A program made the position numbers and the translations under genes. The notes below the pieces were generated by a model, which had not been told where the DNA came from, did not search any database, and worked only from the letters and a program-made list of their open reading frames with translations. Positions 1 through 10,684 of a DNA stretch of 64,000 bases are shown in pieces; position 1 is the first letter of the stretch; each line of letters opens with the position of its first letter. This stretch comes from Perkinsus chesapeaki ATCC PRA-425 (taxonomy: Eukaryota; Protista; Perkinsozoa), in the NCBI GenBank assembly GCA_013115145.1, contig JAAPAO010000101.1, positions 1 to 64,000 on the forward strand, written 5' to 3'.

Positions 1-761
1 GGTTGATATAAATATGGGAGGCACCGGTATCAAGAGCAGCAGGCATTGCCATAGCGATGGTATTCTTTGGGTCACTTCCAATTGTCAATCCGAGGAGTTG
101 AATGAACTGTTCATCCTTGTTAACGATTTAGACGTAGCTCAAAGGGCCGGCATGCTTTGATGGGTCGTCACCGCCGAGTATCAGCTGACCAGAAGGATTA
201 TCACCTCCAGTGAAGTAGATCGAGAAGGAGTTGCTTGCGATAATCTTCTTGGTGAATAGTTGTTCAACGATGGACTTATATGGACTATCCGGATGGGATT
301 GCTTCAAGCAGAGCGAGGCCCAGATCATACCCGGATTACGATTATAGCCGGATACCAAGCCGAAGTCTAGGGAAGCAGATACTTTACCCTTAAGATCGAG
401 CTTGCCAGTATGTGGGAAAAGCCAAACTTCCCTATCTCCCACGAAAGTAAAAATCTTGGTTGGACCTTGTTTGCAAGGCGATACACATTCGTAGCATCCA
501 AAAATGAGCTCGTTACAACTCTGATGGCTACCCTCATACCATTGCTTCCAGACTAAGAAGAAATAGGGGGTTCCAGTATCAATTATTGCATATATATTTT
601 GGCCATCAGCCTTGAAGTTGACCACCGGTTGAGGGTACACGCCGTTCAAACCATGTGTCATTTTGAATGACACATCCATTCTAACCAGTTCATCAGCTGC
701 GTTCACCAGCATGTATGTAAACAAGTATGTAAACTAAAATTAGTTCTATAAGCCAGGACAT
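1..761 (-). pseudogene. Pepsin-family (A1) aspartyl protease with an in-frame stop and a 5' frameshift; runs off the window start
   Basis: ORF 128-724 has the first catalytic motif IIDTGTPY and the inter-lobe LILGG. After TAA (128-130) the same frame continues IVNKDEQFIQLLGLTIG...PAALDTGASHIYIN, with the second DTG at 23-31. A signal-peptide-like MSWLIELILVYILVY from ATG 761 is one base out of frame with the protease ORF. Confidence 0.85.
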
Positions 762-3700
762 GGGAGAAGGAGTACGTAAAGGCTAACAGAATCACGGGTA
801 CATGCCTGGGGGGAATTTCCTCGCTCGTGGAAAGACAGGATCACGTGTGAAATTCATTCGGTGGATGAATCCTCAAAGGATAGATATTAGCAAAGAGGAA
901 GCCATCAATAACACCGCGCCCGTCAGAGTTACTCAAGTCAGCCTCGCCATCTCAAGGCCTTGAAAAGCTCGGGTAACTTGTGTAGCTCATGCAGTATTGT
1001 TTTCGTATTGGCTCGAACGTACACGGCGGTGCCGTACGTTGCTATGAAGCCTCTCACTGCATGGAGCGCTAGAGGCCAGAACCTGAAGCGAGCAAATGCG
1101 CAGGTGGCGGCGTCACCGTCACGGGCACTACTGTCTCCGTTCGCCCGCTAAGCAGGGCCTGCTTAGCAGACAAGCCTCAGTTTGCTGCTGTGAACGCCGA
1201 GTACACGACTCGACGCTGCTCACGAATTACTGGCTTCTACTGCCAACAGTCTATCGTAATGATAGTACTTTTCACGGAGTAGACTCGACCGCAGTCTCGG
1301 TTGATGGAGAGGGTTGGTGGGATAAAAATGGACGGCGCTACTCACGTGCCCCCGCAGGGACGCAGTCGTGTTCCCGATTACTAACATCGACATTATTGAA
1401 GGCTACTGAACCGTTATTTTCCTAGACGCTAGGCTTCGTGTTCTGTTGTGCTCAGGCGGAATGATCGGCCATAGTGGTATTTTGTCCCCACAGAGTGGTT
1501 TCACCGGCGGTAAAGCCTACTTTGAGAGGAATACAATGGAGTAGCAATAGTGTAGTAGCATTTCGATATTTTAGTCACGAGAAACCTTTTGGTATTGAAA
1601 CAGATGTTACTGAGGAATAAGCGGATATTGGGGCGTAATAACTCCATTGAATAGCTCCACAATATACACCTGCCTCTCACATGTTGTACAACTTGGGCGG
1701 GAGCTCCACCAATCTGGACCGGATGGACTGTAAATGTAGTTTCCGGCCGATGCCTCAGAGTCTTTTGGCTCGGTTGGTTTAGGTGGAGCTGGCGAAAGGA
1801 ACGTGCTAGTATTTAGCCAAGTAAGAGCCTCACTGTATGGGTGTCGGTCGTCAGCGTAGAAGTCGTCCGTCATGGCTCATGTTATGGCCACCTATGGTTG
1901 TGGGTGTCTATTTTGTCTCGCTATTTAGAAATATTTTTTCTGTTATTCGTATCCTCTTCGTTCAAGTTTTGTGTTATCCGGTAAAGTGCGGTGTAATGTC
2001 TGATAGACTCCGACAGCCGCTGAGCTCTGGCGAATGTGCACATGTGAGCAACATACTTGTTGCTCTTGTGAAACGTTCATTGCTGTAAACTTCTATGCGT
2101 ACCATTGCGTAGCCATCGTGACATGACCCTGACGGTAGTCCCTCACCGAATAATCTAGAAACTGTAAACGGCGTCCAAATTTAGTCACAATCCGGCTGAC
2201 ACGTATATGTATGCCTGTAACTCAGGGAAGCAGGTGGTCACAGTGACAGCGACTTGCCACACACTCCCCATTTTTTATCTCAAGGAGCGTTCTTTCACCC
2301 TGGTTCTATTTGGAAAAACCCTTCATCCGGCTCACACTATTCTCCGACGACGACATTTAACGTAAAAGAATTCAAGCCTCGTTATAAAATGAAGCAACTG
2401 TGACAGAGTATGTCACAGGCGAGGTCCGCGAATGGCTTAGTTAATGTATTCTTGCTCAGTGGAACTTAGTGGTAGAAATAAGATAAGTGTAGCAGTAAAT
2501 AAATAAAGTTATAAAGTTATATATGATAATTACATAACACAATTCCTACGTATATCATGAGGGCTATTTAGTTAGGCTATGTGTTACTTCGCAATGGATA
2601 TGATATATCAGGATTAACTCGTGAAAGGCGATATAAAACAGCGATCAGCTGGCAACAAAGGCTGATATCATCTCACATTAGCAAAACCAATTCTATCATT
2701 TCCAAGATGAAAGTAGAAGTAGTTGGCCCAGGAAGGCACTTGCCCCTGGAATGACCAAATCGTAGTTAATAAAAGCCATACGTCTAAGCTTATTGTCGAG
2801 TCGGGGAGTATGTGTCGAAATTGAAGTTCCTATATTCGAAATTGATTTCACTCACTTTCCGAAATTGTAATTCCTAGAGGATTGTGGCGAATTCGATGTG
2901 GATGATACTAAACCACTGCCTGCCGGGGTGGTGTACTGAAGTGGATGATACTAAACGATAATCTTAACGTAAATTTCGTCCGTCCATAGAAATTGAAGTT
3001 ACTATTGCCGAAATAGGCGTTGAAAAGGTGTAGTCCGCTGCGGACTGACTGCATCTCGCTTATGAATGCAGGCGCACCGGGTTCGGTGTCACGCTCCATG
3101 ATGGGAAGCGCACACTGGGCTGTTGATGCTAGTGATCTAGCTGGGCCTTGCTTGTGTCTCAGCCCGCCACGTACCCATCCAGGATGGGTCACCATTGAGA
3201 AGGTTGTTAAAGAGGGGAAGCGTCCGCTACTGAGATGATTGATCTTGTCACTTTTATACTCGGGAGTTCCTCGGTGGAGCTTCCACCTGTCCGACTGTGT
3301 ATGAATATCTCCGCGCGGGTTATTCGCTTTGCGCCATCTGCCGTTCCCGTGCAGAGCTGAGTTAGCTCTGTCGGCACAGTCTCTTGCACCTTAGTTTCAG
3401 CTCACTAGGAAAGTCTCGGTAGCGTTGGGCTGGTTGGTAATTCTGGTGAGGGGTTATGTATTATTTGGTACAGTAAATTTTCCAATTTCGGAGTCGAATG
3501 CTAGCGCCAGTTAAGTGTTTGTTCCTGCGTCGAGCTTGGGAGGGTTTAGACGCAGTGCTCTGAAGAACTCTGTAATCCTACACCTAGTAGCCTTCTCGTA
3601 GTAGGCCGTCGTCTATAAGACGGCACTCGTTCCGCAGCGCATCGCCTCATATTGACCATATTGTGCGTGTAGGTGTCTGAGTTTGTAGCCCAACAGCAAA

Positions 3701-4353
3701 AATGGGCCATTTAGACGAATCATAAAATTGAACAGATTGAACTGGGGGTCTTTCGTATTTCTTAATGTCTTCATATTATATCAGGACCTTGCATACTAAC
3801 TGATTATCTGCAACACGGCTTGATGCATGGAACTGTCTTCATGTCAAAGTTCCGTCTGAAGTGAAGAGCAGTGCTGTGACATGCCGGTTAGCTCCGGTGA
3901 ACGTCTAGAACCAAATTGTTTGTTTCTAACTGAATTGTCAAAAGCATAACCATCCACGGGGCTCGGTTGATGACGTAGCTTAGATTATGCAAAATGTCGA
4001 AGATACTACTAGTTACCGGAATGTACAATGACCGGCAGTCCAATTAGGAATGTTGGCAAACTCAATTATTGATGTGCGTTCCTTGTAGTTCCAATTCGCA
4101 ATGCTTTTAATTATCCTCACCTGCCTCATTGCATCGTTCAACGAAGGCCGGACTGACCTCAGTTCCGCCCGCATCAACGTGCTCGATGTCCTGAAGATAA
4201 TTCCCCCCGAAGTTCGAACTACAGACTTACACTCTTTGAAGGGCCATGTACCAATCGTAGCTTCTCATACCGCCAAAAAATTAGCCTATATTCCAATTGT
4301 CGCAGAGAAGGTTCCCTTCGTAGTGACGCATAACACGATACGGCTCCTATGAT

Positions 4354-4400
4354 ACTTACCGAGTCGGTAAGTCGGAGTCTTAAGAGTCGGTAATACCGAC
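4354..4400. repeat. Palindromic motif cluster ACTTACCGA-G-TCGGTAAGT plus GAGTCGGTAATACCGAC
   Basis: Perfect 9-bp inverted arms with a 1-nt spacer at 4354-4372 and a second hairpin at 4384-4400. The same motifs recur at 29087-29111. Confidence 0.7.
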
Positions 4401-4863
4401 CAATCCAGTAGTTTCGTTTATCGGCTTTCCGTGGCAAAATACTTCGATATTCAATACTTCAATACTTCAATTTTCGATATCATCACATCATGCATGCATC
4501 TCATTGAAGTCTTTATCAGTTACGGAGCCTCGAAGAAATCGCAGACACCGTGTCTGATATGCACAACATCTCGATTTTTGTTAGAGGAGGACCGCCTATC
4601 CAAGCAGCGGAGCTTGCTGAGCACCTCAGATCAGAGTAGCGTTCCAACCGCCGTCAGCTCCACTGCTTCACGATATTGTTCAACGCTGTACAGCTTGTGT
4701 AGCTGAATCTGTGCTCAGAATACGATGCGACAGTCCTGTAGATGTTGCGCCTATGCTCTTTCTGCTTGTATATACTTTTAACCGTCACAGTGAGACAGTA
4801 TTTCCTTCAAGCCTGTGGTGGATCATCAATGGCCATTTCCCATGTTACTGAGCTGTTGCTGAT

Positions 4864-6858
4864 TTGTTTGCTGTTCCTTTCCGCTCAGCGGTGACAGCGA
4901 CCGTTTGCAGTAGTTCCCTCCTCAGATTGACATCTAATAGTCATGTGTTCCTCCAGTTGAAGGATAGTGATCACATTCACAAGATGCTCATGCGCAAGAT
5001 TGTGGCTCCTTCGCCAGAGGCGTGGGACTCTGGCATTACCTACGATGTTGTTATCGATTATATGGCACTGGCATACCGTATACATGAAGTTCTATCACTC
5101 GACACTACGGGTCAGATTATAGAGACTGCGTCTCAAACTCTACTTGAACACTTGTTTGATACTAGTAGCGTCACGGTATCGGGCGGCAAACTGCTTTTGG
5201 TCGGAACACAAGATATTGTCGACTTTGACGTGCTCCAAGCATTGGGTTTCGGCAACTGTGATAGAACAGCGGAAATGATAGTTTGTCAGAAGAGTGCCCG
5301 AGACGTGTCCAATCTTACTGCTTGGGGTTTTTGGAGTCCTTGCCATTTGGACGGATGTAGACAGAGTAGAGTTGGCTTGACGAACGAAGGCGAGTGGGTG
5401 AAGGATAAGAGATACTGTTTAAATGGGACACATGGTTGTAAGATATTTGATGCGAATCCCTCAGCTTTCTTTGGAGACTCGACACGCAATATGGACGAGT
5501 CGGTTGGCATTGAGGCCGATGTATCTATCCAACATCACCCAGGCAATAGAGTTAGAGGTAGACAAGAAAGTAAAGACAGCGTTAGTGTAGTTATCAACAT
5601 AGAAAACGTTGACAATGGGCTGGGGGCCCTACCGGAGCAAAGTGGCCGTTCTGTTGTTGTGGAGACTACTGATATTATTGCGAGTGAGATTGAAGGGGTG
5701 AGAGAGTTGAATAGAGTAGTCGATGGGAATATATCCACCGCATCTGTGCATGGCAAAGAGCAGTCTGCTTTGTCCTCGGAGATGATACAGACCGAAGATC
5801 TGGGTCGTGGAGAACTAATCGAGGAGTTTACAGGTGGGGAGCACAGACTCGATACGGACAGCTTGAGACTGAGCGAGAATGATGAGAATTTAGGGAGGAA
5901 TGAAGCTCTAGAAGAAACTGGTGGACTGAAGAAGATTAAGGAATCATTGCACATCTCAGCACCTGAAAAAGCCTTCATAGGAGAGAAGAGACCGGTTCAA
6001 GTTGTGCCGATTCTCATCGGCAATGAGCTGAAAGACAATGATACTCTCCTCGAAGAGGATACCTTGATTACTTCAACTGCCCATAGACATGCAACTTCGA
6101 CAATTAACGCAACAGAAGCTGCGTTCACATCAATGCCGAGAGAAGTGTCTTCAAATGAGTCCCATGGACTACACGGGCAGCGCATATCAGGAGATGTGGA
6201 GCACAGCACTGAAGAGACACTTGAAACATTACAGGAGGCTTTAGTCGAGGAAAACGAAGGGGTCAGTAATCCAGCGAGAATTGATCCTATTGACATATCC
6301 CTACACGTGGACGATACTCCAGCACAAACTATCAATGTATTGGAAGGTCCTCCTCTGCTAACTATAGAAGACGGAGTAGTTGACTTAACCACTATGGGGG
6401 ATATGGGACTGGGACGGCCCGCTGAGTTGGAAGGAGAACCGTCTATCGATAATGAGGATACTAAGTCGGAAGAACTCGCCTACTCGTCTGCAGCTGGCCT
6501 GATACACATGCACACGTTCTCAAAGAGTGCCAAGGAGAATTTAGAGGAAGCATCTACTGATGATATAACAGGAAAGGAGTATTTGGAGGATGGTGTGGAT
6601 GAGGCTTCCTCCGATGGAATAGTTATAGGTGCTGATAACCCTGGGAATGTTGGAGTCTCAGCACGAGAGGGATCTCCTACTCAAGACGAATATACAGAAG
6701 GAGAAGGCTTTCCTGATGAGCAAGAAATGAAGAGCCGAGAAGTCCCTAGTGAGAATAATGAAGGTGTAGGCCCCCTTGAAGGGTACGAGGACTTGGAAGC
6801 TGCTACAGATGGCTGTAATGGTGCTCCTAACGGTCAGTGTCTAGATCTGTTCTCATGA
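4864..6858 (+). CDS. Hypothetical protein with a thrombospondin-type-1-like motif followed by a long acidic low-complexity region (true start uncertain)
   Basis: 664-aa ORF. WGFWSPCHLDGCRQSR...RYC at 5323-5418; E/D-rich C-terminal two-thirds. The ORF-track start is a non-ATG codon. Confidence 0.75.
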   Translation: MFAVPFRSAVTATVCSSSLLRLTSNSHVFLQLKDSDHIHKMLMRKIVAPSPEAWDSGITYDVVIDYMALAYRIHEVLSLDTTGQIIETASQTLLEHLFDTSSVTVSGGKLLLVGTQDIVDFDVLQALGFGNCDRTAEMIVCQKSARDVSNLTAWGFWSPCHLDGCRQSRVGLTNEGEWVKDKRYCLNGTHGCKIFDANPSAFFGDSTRNMDESVGIEADVSIQHHPGNRVRGRQESKDSVSVVINIENVDNGLGALPEQSGRSVVVETTDIIASEIEGVRELNRVVDGNISTASVHGKEQSALSSEMIQTEDLGRGELIEEFTGGEHRLDTDSLRLSENDENLGRNEALEETGGLKKIKESLHISAPEKAFIGEKRPVQVVPILIGNELKDNDTLLEEDTLITSTAHRHATSTINATEAAFTSMPREVSSNESHGLHGQRISGDVEHSTEETLETLQEALVEENEGVSNPARIDPIDISLHVDDTPAQTINVLEGPPLLTIEDGVVDLTTMGDMGLGRPAELEGEPSIDNEDTKSEELAYSSAAGLIHMHTFSKSAKENLEEASTDDITGKEYLEDGVDEASSDGIVIGADNPGNVGVSAREGSPTQDEYTEGEGFPDEQEMKSREVPSENNEGVGPLEGYEDLEAATDGCNGAPNGQCLDLFS

Positions 6859-7692
6859 TGCGTACATGAAGCTAATCACTCTGGCCTTGCGTTGTCGGAA
6901 AGTGGAGGCTCCGTAACCCCGAAGATTTAAGGTTGGGAAATATCATCCGGATATGACGGTCATACCCGAAGAGGATACCAAACTGTGTCCCTTGAGTAGC
7001 CCAAGTTGGGCTCATTACTTTGAAACGTGCTAACTTAAAACGCTTTTCGTGTGAACATTACAATTCTTCGGCTCGGCTGAGCAAGTGATAACCATTAAGA
7101 GTTCACGAGCTGAGGCTTGCGCGCGAATCAGAATCCACAGGTGTGCACTGTGATACAGTGATTGTACGCCGCGCCGTACAGAGTTATAATCAGATTAAAT
7201 TCAACCCATCCGCTGACTTCCATCCTTCATCTCTATATATTCTAAGACTAGGGCATTTCCCGATAGAATCAGCATGCTCCATCAGATGAGAATATCACAA
7301 GTTTCGTGTAATGCTTCTTATTCTTGCTCGATCGTACTCGGGGCCAAACTGTTAGGTCCGGTGAACCGCTTGGTAGAAAAGCAAAGGTCCCATTACGCAT
7401 CGAAGGTCCGTACTGTACACTTGGCTAGAGTTTCTCCAAGGATCATATTCCAAGTCACCACAGAAGGCACTAGTCCATGTGGGGTTGCGCGTCACCAACA
7501 AAAGCTTCATCCGTTGCACGCATGCGCGTCGAGGAACAAATGGTTGATGTAATTACTCGCGATAATACCGGACATGCTCCTGGCTGTTATTTCCTTCTGA
7601 AATTGTATCTGTGCTTCAGATTGTCATTATCATAGGTTAGAGTGATATAGGATTTCAATAGTACTTGCTATCAGCAGGTTTCATCCCATCTT

Positions 7693-8715
7693 ATGTTCCA
7701 ATTACCACCACATGTTGAAGCTCTCCGTTGTATGGCGATTGAAAGGCTATGGGATGGTGATCATCGTAGAGAAGTGATGCCTCATCTTATGGAACTTATT
7801 ATGGGATATTGCCAAAAACCAACAATAAGCTTAGATTGCCCAAGAGAACAGATACTGACTGATAAGTCTTGGACATCATCGCCATTCATCTTCAATGATA
7901 ATGGTATTCTTTATGGAGTAGGAAGGGAGCAGGATAATAAGCTCACACTACAAAGTATCCGTCTTGGTATGTATAGTGCCCAGCTAGCATTCAAGTCGGT
8001 CCTTTGCAGTGATGCTGACAACGAAGAGTGGAAATGCTATTATGATAACTCCAATCGTATGCTCTTCATTTTATATAACCATGGGGCCGCTTTGATGAAG
8101 TATAATATGGAAACGAACAAGCTTGAGGCTTCAATCAAGATACCATTCTTAGACTCTTGTGGTCCCCAAGTACAGAGTATTCTAGTAATTGACGATAACC
8201 TCTATGTCTGCACTACCGAGCGTGGGTTCAATGGGAGGCTAACTTGCTCGACATTCGTACTTTTCTTCATCAAATTGACAAAGCCCGACCAAGTGCGGCT
8301 AGTTTTCGACGGGGTCATGGAAGCATACTCACCAGTAAGACTCGCAATTGTATCTGGTCAACCTAGAGCAATTCGTCTTTATTATCGTGAGGGCGAATTC
8401 TGGCGTAGAGTGAAGGTGGAGATGGTGAGGGAGGACAATCCAGCGTTGTTCACTCAACAGTGCGATGAGGAATTTGACTCTCGGAAGATCGAAGGCAGCA
8501 TCATACAACCGGTCGGATTGGATATGCTACTTTTAGTGCATGGCGGTAAATTTGAATTCCGTGATCCTACAAGTTTCATAAAAATGGGTGAACTCCACCA
8601 GTGTGGTATCAGCTGGAAAGAATCATTGGTATTCGACCGTTGGACGATATCGTTTATAAACGGAAGTGTCGGAGGTTATCCATGCACAAAATGCTATCAT
8701 CCCTACATTGGATGA
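7693..8715 (+). CDS. Intronless hypothetical protein, F-box-like N-terminal motif plus probable beta-propeller (paralog A)
   Basis: 340-aa ATG-to-stop ORF with a full-length paralog at 9327-10355. N-terminal helix ...MPHLMELIMGYCQKP followed by beta-strand-rich sequence; the domain call is inference. Confidence 0.8.
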   Translation: MFQLPPHVEALRCMAIERLWDGDHRREVMPHLMELIMGYCQKPTISLDCPREQILTDKSWTSSPFIFNDNGILYGVGREQDNKLTLQSIRLGMYSAQLAFKSVLCSDADNEEWKCYYDNSNRMLFILYNHGAALMKYNMETNKLEASIKIPFLDSCGPQVQSILVIDDNLYVCTTERGFNGRLTCSTFVLFFIKLTKPDQVRLVFDGVMEAYSPVRLAIVSGQPRAIRLYYREGEFWRRVKVEMVREDNPALFTQQCDEEFDSRKIEGSIIQPVGLDMLLLVHGGKFEFRDPTSFIKMGELHQCGISWKESLVFDRWTISFINGSVGGYPCTKCYHPYIG

Positions 8716-9326
8716 GAAGTTGGATGAATTGTTTTTTGTTATTTCGATTCCCTACAACCCACGGGGCATATGCCTCTCGTAGATAACAAATGTCATTAAC
8801 CGATTATTTTGCGTTTTAAGTGATCGTGTAGTCCTATCCCCGACCGCTACAGGGTTCCGAAGCGGAACGGAATCCCTCTGAGATGTTACACTTGCCATCT
8901 GCAAATTATCGTAAAGAATCATGAATACTTAGAAGCATGGCGAAAGCATCTTTCCATGCTAAGTTCACACCGGCATCTAGCAAAACAGCTGTTCTGGCGC
9001 AAAATGACACCGTCACACCGGAGATGTTAAGTCCTGCAAGCTTCTGACTTCGTGACCTCGATCCTTGACTACAATTTCCTAGCCCAGGAACTGAAATGTA
9101 TCTCGTTGTGAACACAAACCAGATGACCAGCAGATCACTTGGGCATCATCACTGTTCAACACCATAAACCTTGACTACGGTGCTTGGGGAGCAGGCCTAA
9201 GTCTGCCAGTATGGGTGCGTCACGTCTCGAGGAGCCAGTGCGCCATATACAAGGATGGTGACAGGAGACGACCACGAGACGCCAGGGAGGCCACTCTGTG
9301 CATCAGTGATCGGTGACATTTTCTGC

Positions 9327-10355
9327 ATGATGTTCCAATTACCACCACATGTTGAAGCTCTCCGTTGTATGGCGATTGAAAGGCTATGGGATGGTGATCA
9401 TGGTAGAGAAGTGATGCCTCATCTTATGGAACTTATTATGGGATATTGCCAAAAACCAACAATAAGCTTAGATTGCCCAAGAGAAGAGATTTTACTCACT
9501 AATCAGTCTTGGACATTATCGCCATTCATCTTCAAGGATAATGGTATTCTTTATGGAGTAGGAAGGGAGCAGGATAATAAGCTCACACTACAAACTATCT
9601 GTCATGATAAAGATGCTCACCTACCACTCAAGACGGTCCTTTGCAGAGATTCCGAAGAACATGATTGGTTTTGCTGTTATGATGAAACTACTCGTATCCT
9701 CTACACCCTCTATAATAGAGGCGATACTACCTTAACGAGGTATAGTATGGCTACAAACGAAGGCGAGATGGTCACCAAAATACCATTTTTAGACACTCAC
9801 GACTCCACTGTAGGTGGTATTGTAGCAACTGAAGGCGGTTTGTTTATATGTACAGGGAGTTCTTATTGGATGGAACACAGGAATATGTCTCGTTATACAG
9901 TTGCCCTTTTCTACATCAACTTGACAAAGCCCGACAAATTGGTAGCAGTCTTCAGCGAGAGCAGAGAAGGTTCGTTATCAGCCATGAAACTAACAACTGT
10001 TCCAAGTTCTCCCAAAGCCATTTTCTTTTACTATGAAATTGATGCATTTTGGTGTAGGGTGAAGGTGGAAGTAATACGAGAAGACAGCCCAGCGCTGTTT
10101 ACCAAACAGAGGGATGAGACTTTTAACTCTCGAAACCTACAAGGGCTCCATGTTCAAATTGTTGGATTGGACGTGTCATGCTTCGTGAGTAGTAGAGGTC
10201 CGAGGCTCATTGATCCTGTAAGCCTCGAGGAAATGGCCGAGATCCACGGATATGGGGTGTCTTTACCAGAACCGATTGTATTTGATCGTTGGACGATATC
10301 GTGCATTAATGGAGACCCCGAATGCTTAATACGCTATCATCCTTATCTTAGATGA
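9327..10355 (+). CDS. Intronless hypothetical protein, F-box-like N-terminal motif plus probable beta-propeller (paralog B)
   Basis: Homology to paralog A begins exactly at ATG 9327/9330 (MFQLPPHVEALRC...) and continues to the shared C-terminal FDRWTIS...YHPY. Confidence 0.8.
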   Translation: MMFQLPPHVEALRCMAIERLWDGDHGREVMPHLMELIMGYCQKPTISLDCPREEILLTNQSWTLSPFIFKDNGILYGVGREQDNKLTLQTICHDKDAHLPLKTVLCRDSEEHDWFCCYDETTRILYTLYNRGDTTLTRYSMATNEGEMVTKIPFLDTHDSTVGGIVATEGGLFICTGSSYWMEHRNMSRYTVALFYINLTKPDKLVAVFSESREGSLSAMKLTTVPSSPKAIFFYYEIDAFWCRVKVEVIREDSPALFTKQRDETFNSRNLQGLHVQIVGLDVSCFVSSRGPRLIDPVSLEEMAEIHGYGVSLPEPIVFDRWTISCINGDPECLIRYHPYLR

Positions 10356-10684
10356 ACAGCTACTAGAGTTTGTCCTTCGCAGCCTATGAGGCTTGAACAT
10401 CTTTAATCTACCTATATTGGCTTTTGAGTTTCACTAACCCTAAAGGCTACATTGCCCCTTTGAGAATCCGGTTTCTATCTCGTGTGGGATAACCGTTCGG
10501 TTGGCGTTTACTCAATAAACAAAATACTTCACAAATATTCAGAAACATCACGTTGAATCGCTTCATGCTAACTGCCCACTGGCATCCAAAAGTAAAACTG
10601 TTTTAAATGGTCGAGGAAGTATCCACATATATCATACCTATGAATGATACTATTATTATAACAAACATTATTCCATACTTACCA

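Noticed and set aside
1147-1167. Perfect palindrome GCTAAGCAGG-G-CCTGCTTAGC
   Set aside because: Real, but a single isolated copy with no T-tract or related motif seen elsewhere; no function can be supported.
2109-2118. CGTAGCCATC, partial match to the perkinsid/dinoflagellate spliced leader
   Set aside because: Only 10 nt match and the TTGGCTCAAG end is missing; compatible with chance.
2875-2960. Direct repeat GTGGATGATACTAAAC, two copies
   Set aside because: Short local duplication with no further copies or structure seen.
5535-6392. Ser-rich minus-strand ORFs (and similar antisense ORFs opposite the MFS, DUF4392 and 31590-32567 ORFs)
   Set aside because: Antisense shadows of long plus-strand coding sequence.
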